Assembly: GCA_035433705.1 (NCBI GenBank)
Contig: DAORVK010000009.1
Location: forward strand, 8,860-72,859
Direction: 5' to 3'
DNA from: Steroidobacteraceae bacterium
Lineage (GTDB): Bacteria; Pseudomonadota; Gammaproteobacteria; Steroidobacterales; Steroidobacteraceae
DNA: 64,000 bases
Shown here piece by piece: positions 56,475 through 64,000 of this stretch. The notes below the pieces were generated by a model, which saw nothing but the letters and a program-made list of their open reading frames with translations, made no database searches and was not told the DNA's origin. The translations under genes and the position numbers were made by a program. Position 1 is the stretch's first letter, and each line of letters starts with the position of its first letter.

Positions 56475-58895
56475 CTATGGTTCGCGGAGAGGACCGCGCT
56501 CGCGCCGCTGCTGATGAGACGATTCGCGAGATCCTCCGTCGCGAGGGCGTGCCGGTGCCGCCTGGCGCTCCTGTTCGCGAGGCTGCGATTGCTGTTGCGG
56601 CTGGGCGGGCGGTTGAACGCGTGCAGGCCCGCGCAATTCGCCGCCGTGCCGCGGCTCACGCACGCGAGGCGCCGCCGGCTCCATCGGCCGATTCGGGGCC
56701 GCGGGGCGATAGATCGGGCGATTGCCGTTCGATGGCGCAGGAGAGCGCCAGACATCGCGCTCATCGGGTGTCCGCCACTGATTACCGCGACCGCGGGGGG
56801 CGTTGTCGGCCGCGTCCACGTGGCCGTCATTCGGTCGTGTGGCGGGTCGTGACATGGGTCGATTGCCCATCGAGGGTGCGGATCGGAGCAGAGGCTCGCG
56901 TCGCAGGCGTCGATCAGGCGCCGGTCGATAGTCGGTGCCGCGTGCGGGACGCTCGGGAGCTGCAGGGCGCAACAGACGCCCGCCCGCGGGATCGTTCCAG
57001 TAGCGCGCGGTGGGGCGAGTGGCTGCGAAGTTCGCGTTGCCGGGGCGTGCGTACACGTTCTCCGCCCAGCGCTGCGTCGCTGCGTGGCGTGTGCCGAGTC
57101 CTTTCACCGGGCGCGCATCGGGGCGATAGTGCGGCGGGCGGGGCGAATGCACGGGTGGGCGATAGCCGCCAGGACCGAACCAGCCACCATCGTGCACGCC
57201 GTGCCAGTAGCCGTTGTTGTAGCCGTTCCGGTAACCGCGGTCGTACCCGCGCCCATAGCCCGGGCGCCACTGACCCCAGCCATCGCCCCATGCCCACGAA
57301 AGACCGATCCAGCCGGCATTCCAGCTCATGCCATAGTTCCAGCCGTACGGCGAGTAGTGGATACTGAATCCCCAAGTCCAGGGGCGCGGGTAATACCAAG
57401 TCTCGCCGTAATACGGACGGTATCTGTACCCCGTGCCGTAAACGACGGCGCCGCCATAGGGGAATGACCAGAGGTAGCCGGGCGTGTAGCCCATGTAGAT
57501 GACGTCGGGCTGCACGTCATAGATGTACACGTAGCGTGTGTTGTAGGCGGGGCTGCTGGGTGGAATGTCCTCGAGCCCCACGGGTCGCGTCCCGGATACC
57601 TCCCAAGGCCCGTACGGCGAATCCGCGATGAACCAGATGCCCTGGTCGACCGCGTAGTAGTGCCCATCCGCCAGAAAGACCTGCGAGGCCGTGTTGACGG
57701 CGTAGCGCAGATCCGTGCGCGGGACGGGCTCGAACCGGGCGGGACCGTCATAGGTCGCGCTGAAGTGCGCGCTCTCACGATCGACCGCAGCGACCTGAGG
57801 CACCGCGGAGTCCATCACGGCGTCCTTCGCGGCCTCGGTGCCTGCTACGTAGGCGAGTGCGTCAGCCTTCGAAGACGAGGGCGGGATGCGCGCGAAGCTC
57901 GCCGGCAGGTGATCTGACTCGACGAACGACCAGTCGCCGTTGAGGGAGCGCGCACGGTACCAGCGACCGGAGACCACGATGTACCAGGTCTGGCTCGGCA
58001 CGTCGAAGAACAGGTCGCTGTCGGTGTTGCTGACGGTCAGGAGTTCGCTGCCGACGAGCGGCTGCAGGGCGGGGCGACCATCGGTCGAAATGAGCTCAGT
58101 GGGCTCGGTCGCAACGAGGATGCGTGCTCGACGCAATTGTTCAGCCGAGAGAGACGGGGTGTCCTGCGCGCTTTCTGTCGCGTCACGTTGCTTGTCGGCA
58201 AATAGCGCGACGACATTCGCGGGAGGGTTCGATGCCTGTGACCAGCGGCCGCGCGTCAGGTCGTTCGTCACAAACCAGGTGCTGCTGCCGTAGAAATAGT
58301 AGCGCTTCGAGGCGCGGTCGAAGACGACGGGAAAGGGCGTGTTGACGACGCGCTCGAGGCCCGTGCTGCCCACCGATCGCAGGCGCGGCTCGCCGTCGAT
58401 CGAAATGAGGATCGCGGGCTGGTCCACATAGATGAATTTCGGCGGTGTATTGCGCAGGTCTTCGGTGCTCGCCTGCTGCTCGAGACGCTTCTCGATGTCG
58501 GCCATGGAGAGGTCGAGATTCCAGCGCGGCATTTCGCGCTCGAGCGCACTCGACAGTTCGCGGGCTTCTTCGCTGTCCTCGCGCATGCCCGGGAAGCGCA
58601 CGCGATCGACGGTGAGTTCGGCGATGCGCGCGCGATCACCATCGATGTCGAGTGTCGCGGTCGTTTCAACAGCACCGAAGACCGGCGCCTCGTCGCCGGA
58701 GTGCTGGATCGAGACTGCGCTGCGCGAAAGCAGGGTATCGCCGTCGAGCGAGTCGAGCTGGGGCTCGTAAATCACGTAGGTGGTCCCGTCTCCGCGGGTG
58801 ATTTCGCGCGGCCAGTCGGCCTGCGCCGCATGGAGGTTGCTCGCACAGGCGGCCAGGCAGAGAACAGCAAACGCACTCCTGATCATGGCCGTCAT
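56475..58895 (-). CDS. Exported protein of unknown function with a Gly/Tyr/Trp/Arg- then Pro/Arg-rich low-complexity C-terminal tail
   Basis: Signal peptide MTAMIRSAFAVLCLAACASNLHA. About 530 aa of ordinary composition with recurring W-Y/F strands. The tail begins around YRYRPYYGETWYYPRPWTWGF and continues through GWGQWRPGYGRGYDRGYRNGYNNGYWHG to RP/PR-rich sequence. Confidence 0.7.
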   Translation of the reverse strand: MTAMIRSAFAVLCLAACASNLHAAQADWPREITRGDGTTYVIYEPQLDSLDGDTLLSRSAVSIQHSGDEAPVFGAVETTATLDIDGDRARIAELTVDRVRFPGMREDSEEARELSSALEREMPRWNLDLSMADIEKRLEQQASTEDLRNTPPKFIYVDQPAILISIDGEPRLRSVGSTGLERVVNTPFPVVFDRASKRYYFYGSSTWFVTNDLTRGRWSQASNPPANVVALFADKQRDATESAQDTPSLSAEQLRRARILVATEPTELISTDGRPALQPLVGSELLTVSNTDSDLFFDVPSQTWYIVVSGRWYRARSLNGDWSFVESDHLPASFARIPPSSSKADALAYVAGTEAAKDAVMDSAVPQVAAVDRESAHFSATYDGPARFEPVPRTDLRYAVNTASQVFLADGHYYAVDQGIWFIADSPYGPWEVSGTRPVGLEDIPPSSPAYNTRYVYIYDVQPDVIYMGYTPGYLWSFPYGGAVVYGTGYRYRPYYGETWYYPRPWTWGFSIHYSPYGWNYGMSWNAGWIGLSWAWGDGWGQWRPGYGRGYDRGYRNGYNNGYWHGVHDGGWFGPGGYRPPVHSPRPPHYRPDARPVKGLGTRHAATQRWAENVYARPGNANFAATRPTARYWNDPAGGRLLRPAAPERPARGTDYRPAPDRRLRREPLLRSAPSMGNRPMSRPATRPNDGHVDAADNAPRGRGNQWRTPDERDVWRSPAPSNGNRPIYRPAAPNRPMEPAAPRVREPRHGGELRGPARVQPPAQPQQQSQPREQERQAAPARPRDGGSRESSHQQRRERGPLREP

Positions 58896-58967
58896 CCTAC
58901 GCCGACCGGGTTGAACGGTGCCTGAACGGCTGGCCCGGGGCCGTGGCTGGTAAACTGCGCGGCGCGC

Positions 58968-59043
58968 GCCCCCGTAGCTCAGTGGATAGAGCGACCGCCT
59001 CCTAAGCGGTAGGTCGTCGGTTCAACTCCGGCCGGGGGCGCCA
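58968..59043 (+). tRNA. tRNA-Arg (anticodon CCU)
   Basis: Manually folded cloverleaf: acceptor GCCCCCG/CGGGGGC, D-arm GCUCAGUGGAUAGAGC, anticodon stem ACCGC/GCGGU with loop CUCCUAA, T-loop GGUUCAACUCC and an encoded CCA. Confidence 0.95.
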
Positions 59044-59050
59044 TCGGGAA

Positions 59051-59130
59051 ATGGTGCCGGGTTTTCGGTTATTCGGTTATTGCCGGTACCGGGCGCGCCA
59101 ATAACCGAATAACCGAAAACCCGGCACCAT
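59051..59130. repeat. Perfect 32-bp inverted repeat with a 16-nt spacer, immediately 3' of tRNA-Arg
   Basis: Left arm ATGGTGCCGGGTTTTCGGTTATTCGGTTATTG (59051-59082). The right arm at 59099-59130 is its exact reverse complement. Each arm contains the tandem TTCGGTTA TTCGGTTA, and the arms are AT-rich relative to the surrounding DNA. Confidence 0.9.
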
Positions 59131-59261
59131 GCGGCACCGTGCGTCCGGTCACACATTGCTCCCTCAGTTCCGCCAAAGCGTCGCCGATACCTGACAGGCA
59201 GAAGGGAACTCCGAGAATTGATTTGACCAAACCGGACACCAGGATCGACGGGCACCCGTCA

Positions 59262-60470
59262 GTGCAGGCGCTCGTCGCACGCCAATCCATCGTGAACGCG
59301 CAAATGGAGGTCGTTGCCTACGAACTGCTCTATCGCGGCCTCTATGGCATGGCGATGGCGACCGACATCGATCCCGCCGCGGCTACCTCTTCGCTGCTGG
59401 TCGATGCGATTCTCGAGCTGGGATTCGAGCAGCTCGCTGGCAAACTGCCGATGCACGTCAATTTCCCTGAAAGCATGCTCGAAAGCGACGCGCCTCTCGG
59501 AGCGCCGCCGGATCGGCTCATCATCGAAGTGCTCGAGTCGGTGCGCGGCACCCCGATCGTGCTGACGGCGCTCGCAGCGTTCCGGCAGCGCGGATACCGG
59601 ATCGCAATCGACGACTACGTGCCGGGGTGCAGCGATGCGGCGCTCCTCGCACAGGCCGACATCGTCAAACTCGATCTCGGGGTACTGAGCGCGGAAGAGG
59701 CGGCGGCCAGCGCGCAGAGCCTGCTCGCGCAGGGCAAGGTCTGCGTCGCCGAGAAAGTGGAGTCACGTGCGCAGTTCGTGATCTGCAGGGACGCCGGGAT
59801 CCAGCTCTTTCAGGGCTACTTCCTGCAGCGACCCGAAACGTTCTATGGGCGGCGCGTCGCGGTCAATTGTGTGACTGCCGTCCATCTGCTTGCGCAACTG
59901 CAGCGCATGGACTGGTCGATTCGCGATGCCGAGCGGCTGATCGCGTCGGACGCCGGACTCAGCTACAAGCTCCTGCGCGCGGTGCAGACGGCGAGCTTTT
60001 ACGCAACGCATCAGGTGTCGAGCCTGTCGCAGGCGATCGTCGTTCTTGGACGTGACCAGCTCATTCGCATTCTCTCGCTCATCATGCTGTCGCGCTTCCG
60101 TGGCAGGCCGACAGAACTGATGCGCAACGCACTGCACCGCGCGCGCCTGTGCGAGCTGCTGGCCGGGCGGTCGGGGGTTGACGACTGCGGCCCGTACTTC
60201 ATGGTGGGTCTCCTGTCCCTGATGCCGGCGATGCTCGGCGAGCGAGTCGAAGAGACCGTGAGTTCGTTACCACTGAGCGAGGACGTCCGCAATGCGCTGC
60301 TGACTCACGCAGGCGATCTGGGAGCGGCGCTCGACTGCGTCGATTCGCTCGAGCGTGCCGACTGGAGCCAGGTGCGCTTCGGGGCGCTCAGCCTCACCGA
60401 CATCAACACCGCCTACGTCGAGGCCTGTGGTTGGGTTGAGGATTCGATGGCGAGGGTTCAGGCCATCTGA
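59262..60470 (+). CDS. EAL-like plus HDOD domain signalling protein
   Basis: ARQSIVNAQMEVVAYELLYR (EAL-type opening), IAIDDYVPG, EKVESRAQF, QGYFLQRP, then HDOD-like LLRAVQTASFY...SLSQAIVVLG. Start uncertain: GTG 59262 is chosen, and the ORF is open from GTG 59139. Confidence 0.75.
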   Translation: MQALVARQSIVNAQMEVVAYELLYRGLYGMAMATDIDPAAATSSLLVDAILELGFEQLAGKLPMHVNFPESMLESDAPLGAPPDRLIIEVLESVRGTPIVLTALAAFRQRGYRIAIDDYVPGCSDAALLAQADIVKLDLGVLSAEEAAASAQSLLAQGKVCVAEKVESRAQFVICRDAGIQLFQGYFLQRPETFYGRRVAVNCVTAVHLLAQLQRMDWSIRDAERLIASDAGLSYKLLRAVQTASFYATHQVSSLSQAIVVLGRDQLIRILSLIMLSRFRGRPTELMRNALHRARLCELLAGRSGVDDCGPYFMVGLLSLMPAMLGERVEETVSSLPLSEDVRNALLTHAGDLGAALDCVDSLERADWSQVRFGALSLTDINTAYVEACGWVEDSMARVQAI

Positions 60471-60916
60471 GAGTGGCGAGGCTGGGTGCAAAGCAGCGTC
60501 GATGCACTTTACATTCCCGTGGGCCGGTCATTCGAAACGATACTGACTTTCCTTGACATCTGATTCAGCGCAGAGGTATCCACTACAATCGGCCGGGATG
60601 CCGCGCCTGTCGATTCTGAGTCTGCTGTTTCCGGCATTGACCGGGGCCGGTGACGTATCGAGCATCAAGGGAGTGCGCGGCGTGGGCCCATGAATTGGCA
60701 GCGAAGCGACGCCAGCTCGCAGAACTCACCGCCGCGTTGCCAGAGCGCGGGCTCTCCACGGCGGATGCGTGCGTGGCGCAAGTACTGTGCGTGAAGCTCT
60801 CCGTGTTCGAGAAGCCGACTGCACCGGGGCTCGAGTGAGGGTGCTGTGAAGACCGTTCGCGCAAGGATCTCAACTACGCGGCGCTGGGTCACGCGCTCGT
60901 CGACTGTTTCACGCAG

Positions 60917-61705
60917 TTACGGCACATCGGGCACTGAGATCCGCTCGCAAACTCGAATCTGCGCGTGCATGTCGGTGTGATAGACGAGGCGGGTGCCCGC
61001 GGCATCCACTTCGACCCGATATCCGGGCGTCAGCACCTGGATGGCGAGTTCGCCAGGCGTGCGACAGCCGAGTGCGCCGTCCGACCAAGTGACCGCTTCC
61101 ACCGCGACAATCGTTGCCTCTTCGGGTTTGATGCCGGTGCGCCGCGCGGCGTCGGCTTTCACGAGAGCCTCGATCTTCGGGAGCAAGCCGTCGATAGCCT
61201 GATCTGTGACGGCTGGCGCGGGCACGACTGCAGGCGCCCGCGCATCTGGCGGCGCTGATGCCTCCGCGCGCGCAAGCGCCTTGGCACTCGCAGGAGCTTC
61301 GTCGTGGGCTGAAGCTTCCGCGACCCCTTGCGCTGTCATCGCCGCCTGCTGCTCTTTTTCCAGTGACACCACGCGGCTGCGCTCGGCGAGACTCTCCGCT
61401 GCGTCCACTTCCGGTGCGGCGGCAAACGGGGCGGAGGGTGCTGCGGACACCGGCGCGGGGCTGGATTCGAGTGCCTCGCGAGCAACGGGGACGTCACGTG
61501 CCGGAGCCGGATTCGGAGCCTGCCGCACGAGCAGCAGCGCGATCACGCCCACCGAGGCAGCGGCGGCGAGCGGCACGTAGCGCTGCCACGCGGGACGACG
61601 ACGCATCGCGCGCTGCGCCGCGGTGCGAATCGCCTCGTCGAGCCGCCTGGACGGCAGCTCGGTCGAGCGCGCGCGCCACTGACGTTCGAGCTCGTCATCG
61701 TTCAT
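60917..61705 (-). CDS. Putative membrane-anchored anti-sigma factor
   Basis: ATGA overlap with the ECF sigma stop. A short cytoplasmic N-terminus, one TM segment (YVPLAAAASVGVIALLLV), an Ala/Pro-rich linker and a compact C-terminal domain (VTWSDGALGCRTPGELAIQVLTPGYRVEV). Confidence 0.6.
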   Translation of the reverse strand: MNDDELERQWRARSTELPSRRLDEAIRTAAQRAMRRRPAWQRYVPLAAAASVGVIALLLVRQAPNPAPARDVPVAREALESSPAPVSAAPSAPFAAAPEVDAAESLAERSRVVSLEKEQQAAMTAQGVAEASAHDEAPASAKALARAEASAPPDARAPAVVPAPAVTDQAIDGLLPKIEALVKADAARRTGIKPEEATIVAVEAVTWSDGALGCRTPGELAIQVLTPGYRVEVDAAGTRLVYHTDMHAQIRVCERISVPDVP

Positions 61706-62265
61706 TGCAGGTCTCCGAGCGCCTCACGCAGGCGCGCGTACGCATAGCGCAGGCGGCTCTTCACCGTCTCCTGCGTGGTGCCGGTGAGCTTCGCGACGTC
61801 GGCGAGTGCGAGCCCGCCCTCGACGTGCAGCAGGAACGCGTCGCGCTGGGCCTCGGGTAGCGCACCGAGTGCCGCAACGAGGCGGGTTCCGTGTTGCTCC
61901 GACGCCGAGGCGGACAAGGGGTCGTAGCTCTCGGGTGCGGCATGCGCGTCGTCGTCGAGTGCTGCCAAGCGCAGTGGCGCGTTGGCACGCCAATAGTCGA
62001 TCAACCGATTGCGGGCGACCGTGTACAGCCAGGTCGTGAAGCGCGCTGTCGGCTTCCAGCTGTCCCGCGCCTTGATGAGCTTCAGCCAGACATCGTGATG
62101 CAGTTCTTCAGCGCGGCCCCGGTCGCGGCACTGGCGCAGGAAGTACCGGAACACGCCGCCGCGATGTCGCTCGTACAACCGATCGAATGCGGCGGCGTCA
62201 CCGGATTGCCAGGCGAGCATGATGGCTTCGTCCGTGGTGGCGTCGTGAGAGTCGTGCAGCAGCAT
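61702..62265 (-). CDS. ECF-type RNA polymerase sigma-70 factor
   Basis: Region 2: FDRLYERHRGGVFRYFLRQCRDRGRAEELHHDVWLKLI, WLYTVARNRLIDYWR. Region 4: LPEAQRDAFLLHVEGGLALADVAKLTGTTQETVKSRLRYA. Confidence 0.85.
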   Translation of the reverse strand: MLLHDSHDATTDEAIMLAWQSGDAAAFDRLYERHRGGVFRYFLRQCRDRGRAEELHHDVWLKLIKARDSWKPTARFTTWLYTVARNRLIDYWRANAPLRLAALDDDAHAAPESYDPLSASASEQHGTRLVAALGALPEAQRDAFLLHVEGGLALADVAKLTGTTQETVKSRLRYAYARLREALGDLQ

Positions 62266-62327
62266 GCGCGCAGCAGTATGGGGCGGCCCTTGCGCTGCGA
62301 CAATGACTACTCCGGTCACCGCAGGCC

Positions 62328-63134
62328 CTACGGATCCGCAACGAAGCCGAGCGCGGCCGGAAACGGCTCGGGCCTGTCGCCGGGCACGCGCGTTCGAGGC
62401 AGCACGCCCAGTGCAATCAATGATTCGCGGCTCTCGTAGCGCAGCACGACGACCTGATCCGGGGAATCGCTTGCACGCTCGAACGAGGTTCTTTCTGCCG
62501 GCGAATACTCGATGCGGCCGTGCCCGGTGCCGAGCGAAGGTGACGTGGGAGCAGCCTTCTGCGCGAGGCGACCGTCCGCCGCGGTGGAAGCGCCGCGCTC
62601 CCCTTCGCGCGCCAGTTCGGCAACCGGCATCGGTGGCTGCTCGCGCTCGCGAAAGAGCGCGACGCCGATCACGCCCACGTTGTCGGGGCGGCGTGTGCGC
62701 GAAGCGTAGGAGCGGTTCGGTGCGGTGAAGACGAAGGCAGCCGTGCGTTCAAGACTCTTGCGCCAACCGTCGATGGTCACCGACCCACCAGGTTCGATCA
62801 CGTAGCCCGATTGCGACGGCGCGGCCGTCTGGCCAGTGACCGCATTCACCCCATCGACACTGACCACCGCGAGCACCCGTACATCTGAAGTGTTGTGAAC
62901 GCGCACGGAGTATTCATGGCCGCGCTCGCCGGCGATCCACCGCTCGCCGAACTTGCGGTGAATCGGCAGAACTTCGCGGGTCGTGCGGTCGTGAATCTCA
63001 ACTTGCGCGACACCGTGCGCTGCGTGTACAGGCGCTGCAAACCACGCGGCGAGGCACAGCGACAGGAGTGCTGCGCGCCTCGCGCGACGGGCGGCGGGCA
63101 ATGACCGTGGCATGGCAATGTGATTCGGCTGCAT
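62328..63134 (-). CDS. Exported hypothetical protein, first gene of the ECF operon
   Basis: GGGAG lies 5 nt before ATG 63134. Arg-rich signal peptide RRARRAALLSLCLAAWFAAPVHA. No family recognised. Confidence 0.55.
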   Translation of the reverse strand: MQPNHIAMPRSLPAARRARRAALLSLCLAAWFAAPVHAAHGVAQVEIHDRTTREVLPIHRKFGERWIAGERGHEYSVRVHNTSDVRVLAVVSVDGVNAVTGQTAAPSQSGYVIEPGGSVTIDGWRKSLERTAAFVFTAPNRSYASRTRRPDNVGVIGVALFREREQPPMPVAELAREGERGASTAADGRLAQKAAPTSPSLGTGHGRIEYSPAERTSFERASDSPDQVVVLRYESRESLIALGVLPRTRVPGDRPEPFPAALGFVADP

Positions 63135-63203
63135 GGCAGCTCCCGGGTGCTGGTACTGCATCCTTGAACGCGGGGGAGCACGCCACGGGGTTAAGATCGG
63201 GAT

Positions 63204-64000
63204 ATGTCGATAGAGAAAATGTGGCTGCTTGCCACTGCAGAGGTGCTCCTGCTAGTGGGCTGTCGATCACTGCCGGGTGGTCTGACGCCTGCGATCGATC
63301 CGGCGCACCTCACCGCAATGGTGCAGACGTTGGCCTCCGATGCCTACGAGGGGCGCGCACCGGGCACGGATGGCGAGACGATGACGATCGCATATCTGCA
63401 GGAGCGCTTCCGCTCGCTCGGCCTCGAGCCGGGTGGCGAGAACGGCGGCTGGACCCAGGCGGTGCCGCTCATCCGCACGCAGCTCGGTGTGCCGCGCGGC
63501 CTCAGCCTTTCCATCCGTGGACAATCGCGTGCGCTGACCCAGGGAACGGAGATCTACCTCAACACCGTGCGCAACTCCACGCATATCGACGTGCGCGCGG
63601 CACCGCTCGTATTCGTCGGTTACGGCGCGACGGCGCCCGAGCGGCAGTGGGACGATTTCAAGGGCGTCGATGTCGCCGGCAAGGTCGTGGTGATGCTGGT
63701 CAACGATCCGGATTTCCACGCCGTGGAGGGCGAGCCGGTCACCGGCCGCTTCGGCGGTCGCCGCATGACTTACTACGGACGGTGCAGGCTATGGCTGGCC
63801 GACCGTCGTCGCGTCGGCGGGTGAAAACTACGACCTGGCGAATCGCGATCCGGCGCAGCAACTTGCCGTACGGGGCTGGCTCGCGCACGAGTTTGCCGCG
63901 TCGTTGTTCCATGATGCAGGCCTTGATCTCAACACGCTGCGTGTGCAGGCGCGGCGCAGTGATTTTCGCCCGGTCGCAATGCCGGTGACCCTGACTGCGG
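63204..64000 (+). pseudogene. M28-family (PA-domain) aminopeptidase, frameshifted with an apparent internal deletion; 3' end outside window
   Basis: Frame 0 reads a lipoprotein-like signal (LLLVGC), then AYEGRAPGTDGE...VVVMLVNDPDF...GGRRMTYYGR, and stops at 63822-63824. Homology continues in frame +1 from about 63784 (AGYGWPTVVASAGENYDLANRDP...GWLAHEFAASLF...FRPVAMPV). Confidence 0.6.

Noticed and set aside
59051-59130. CRISPR repeat or prophage att site at tRNA-Arg
   Set aside because: It is a single inverted repeat, not a repeat-spacer array. No integrase or phage genes lie nearby, and I saw no direct duplication of the tRNA 3' end in the window.
60598-60693. 31-codon ORF MPRLSILSLLFPALTGAGDVSSIKGVRGVGP with a signal-peptide-like start
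   Set aside because: No convincing RBS, no recognisable family, and it overlaps other short ORFs. Kept only as part of the gap finding.

Overview
High-GC (probably proteobacterial) chromosomal segment, densely coding, with about 62 protein genes, two tRNAs and one riboswitch. All calls come from reading the ORF translations and the DNA; no database search was run, so family names rest on motif recognition.

Layout:
- 1-1346: 3' end of a CocE/NonD-type hydrolase and a DUF2889-like gene.
- 1360-8738 (minus): tightly coupled four-gene operon of glycyl-radical enzyme (GRE), radical-SAM activase, adenylate-forming CoA ligase and a periplasmic PQQ/haem-c dehydrogenase, with a LysR gene upstream.
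- About 10.0-51.8 kb: a large acyl-CoA catabolic island. It holds four acyl-CoA dehydrogenases in alternating alpha/beta-like pairs, four family-III CoA-transferase genes (one a tandem fusion, one racemase-like), several MaoC/hot-dog hydratases, three crotonase-type hydratases, a CitE-like lyase, two LLM oxidoreductases, two amidohydrolases, an acetone-carboxylase-like three-gene set, a nitronate-monooxygenase-like gene next to a fused class-I CoA-transferase, a TonB-dependent receptor, an MFS transporter, and LuxR and AraC regulators. I saw no thiolase.
- 14.1-16.5 kb: a DUF4125/DUF4037/TPR trio embedded in the island.
- 51.9-64.0 kb: housekeeping-like region. It holds a histidine phosphatase, bcp, a fluoride riboswitch with crcB and DUF190, tRNA-Ala(CGC), leuA divergent from an Lrp/AsnC gene, a large exported protein with an extreme low-complexity tail, tRNA-Arg(CCU) followed by a 32-bp perfect inverted repeat, an EAL-HDOD protein, an ECF sigma/anti-sigma operon and a frameshifted M28 peptidase.

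Most noteworthy:
- The atypical GRE operon: Cys loop GCINT, no small subunits, co-transcribed with a PQQ quinohaemoprotein that lacks the vicinal Cys-Cys.
- A 19-nt partly palindromic motif recurring upstream of at least five plus-strand transcription units of the island, which looks like a shared operator.

No CRISPR arrays, transposases or integrases were seen. Start codons are often ambiguous in this GC-rich DNA and are flagged where relevant.
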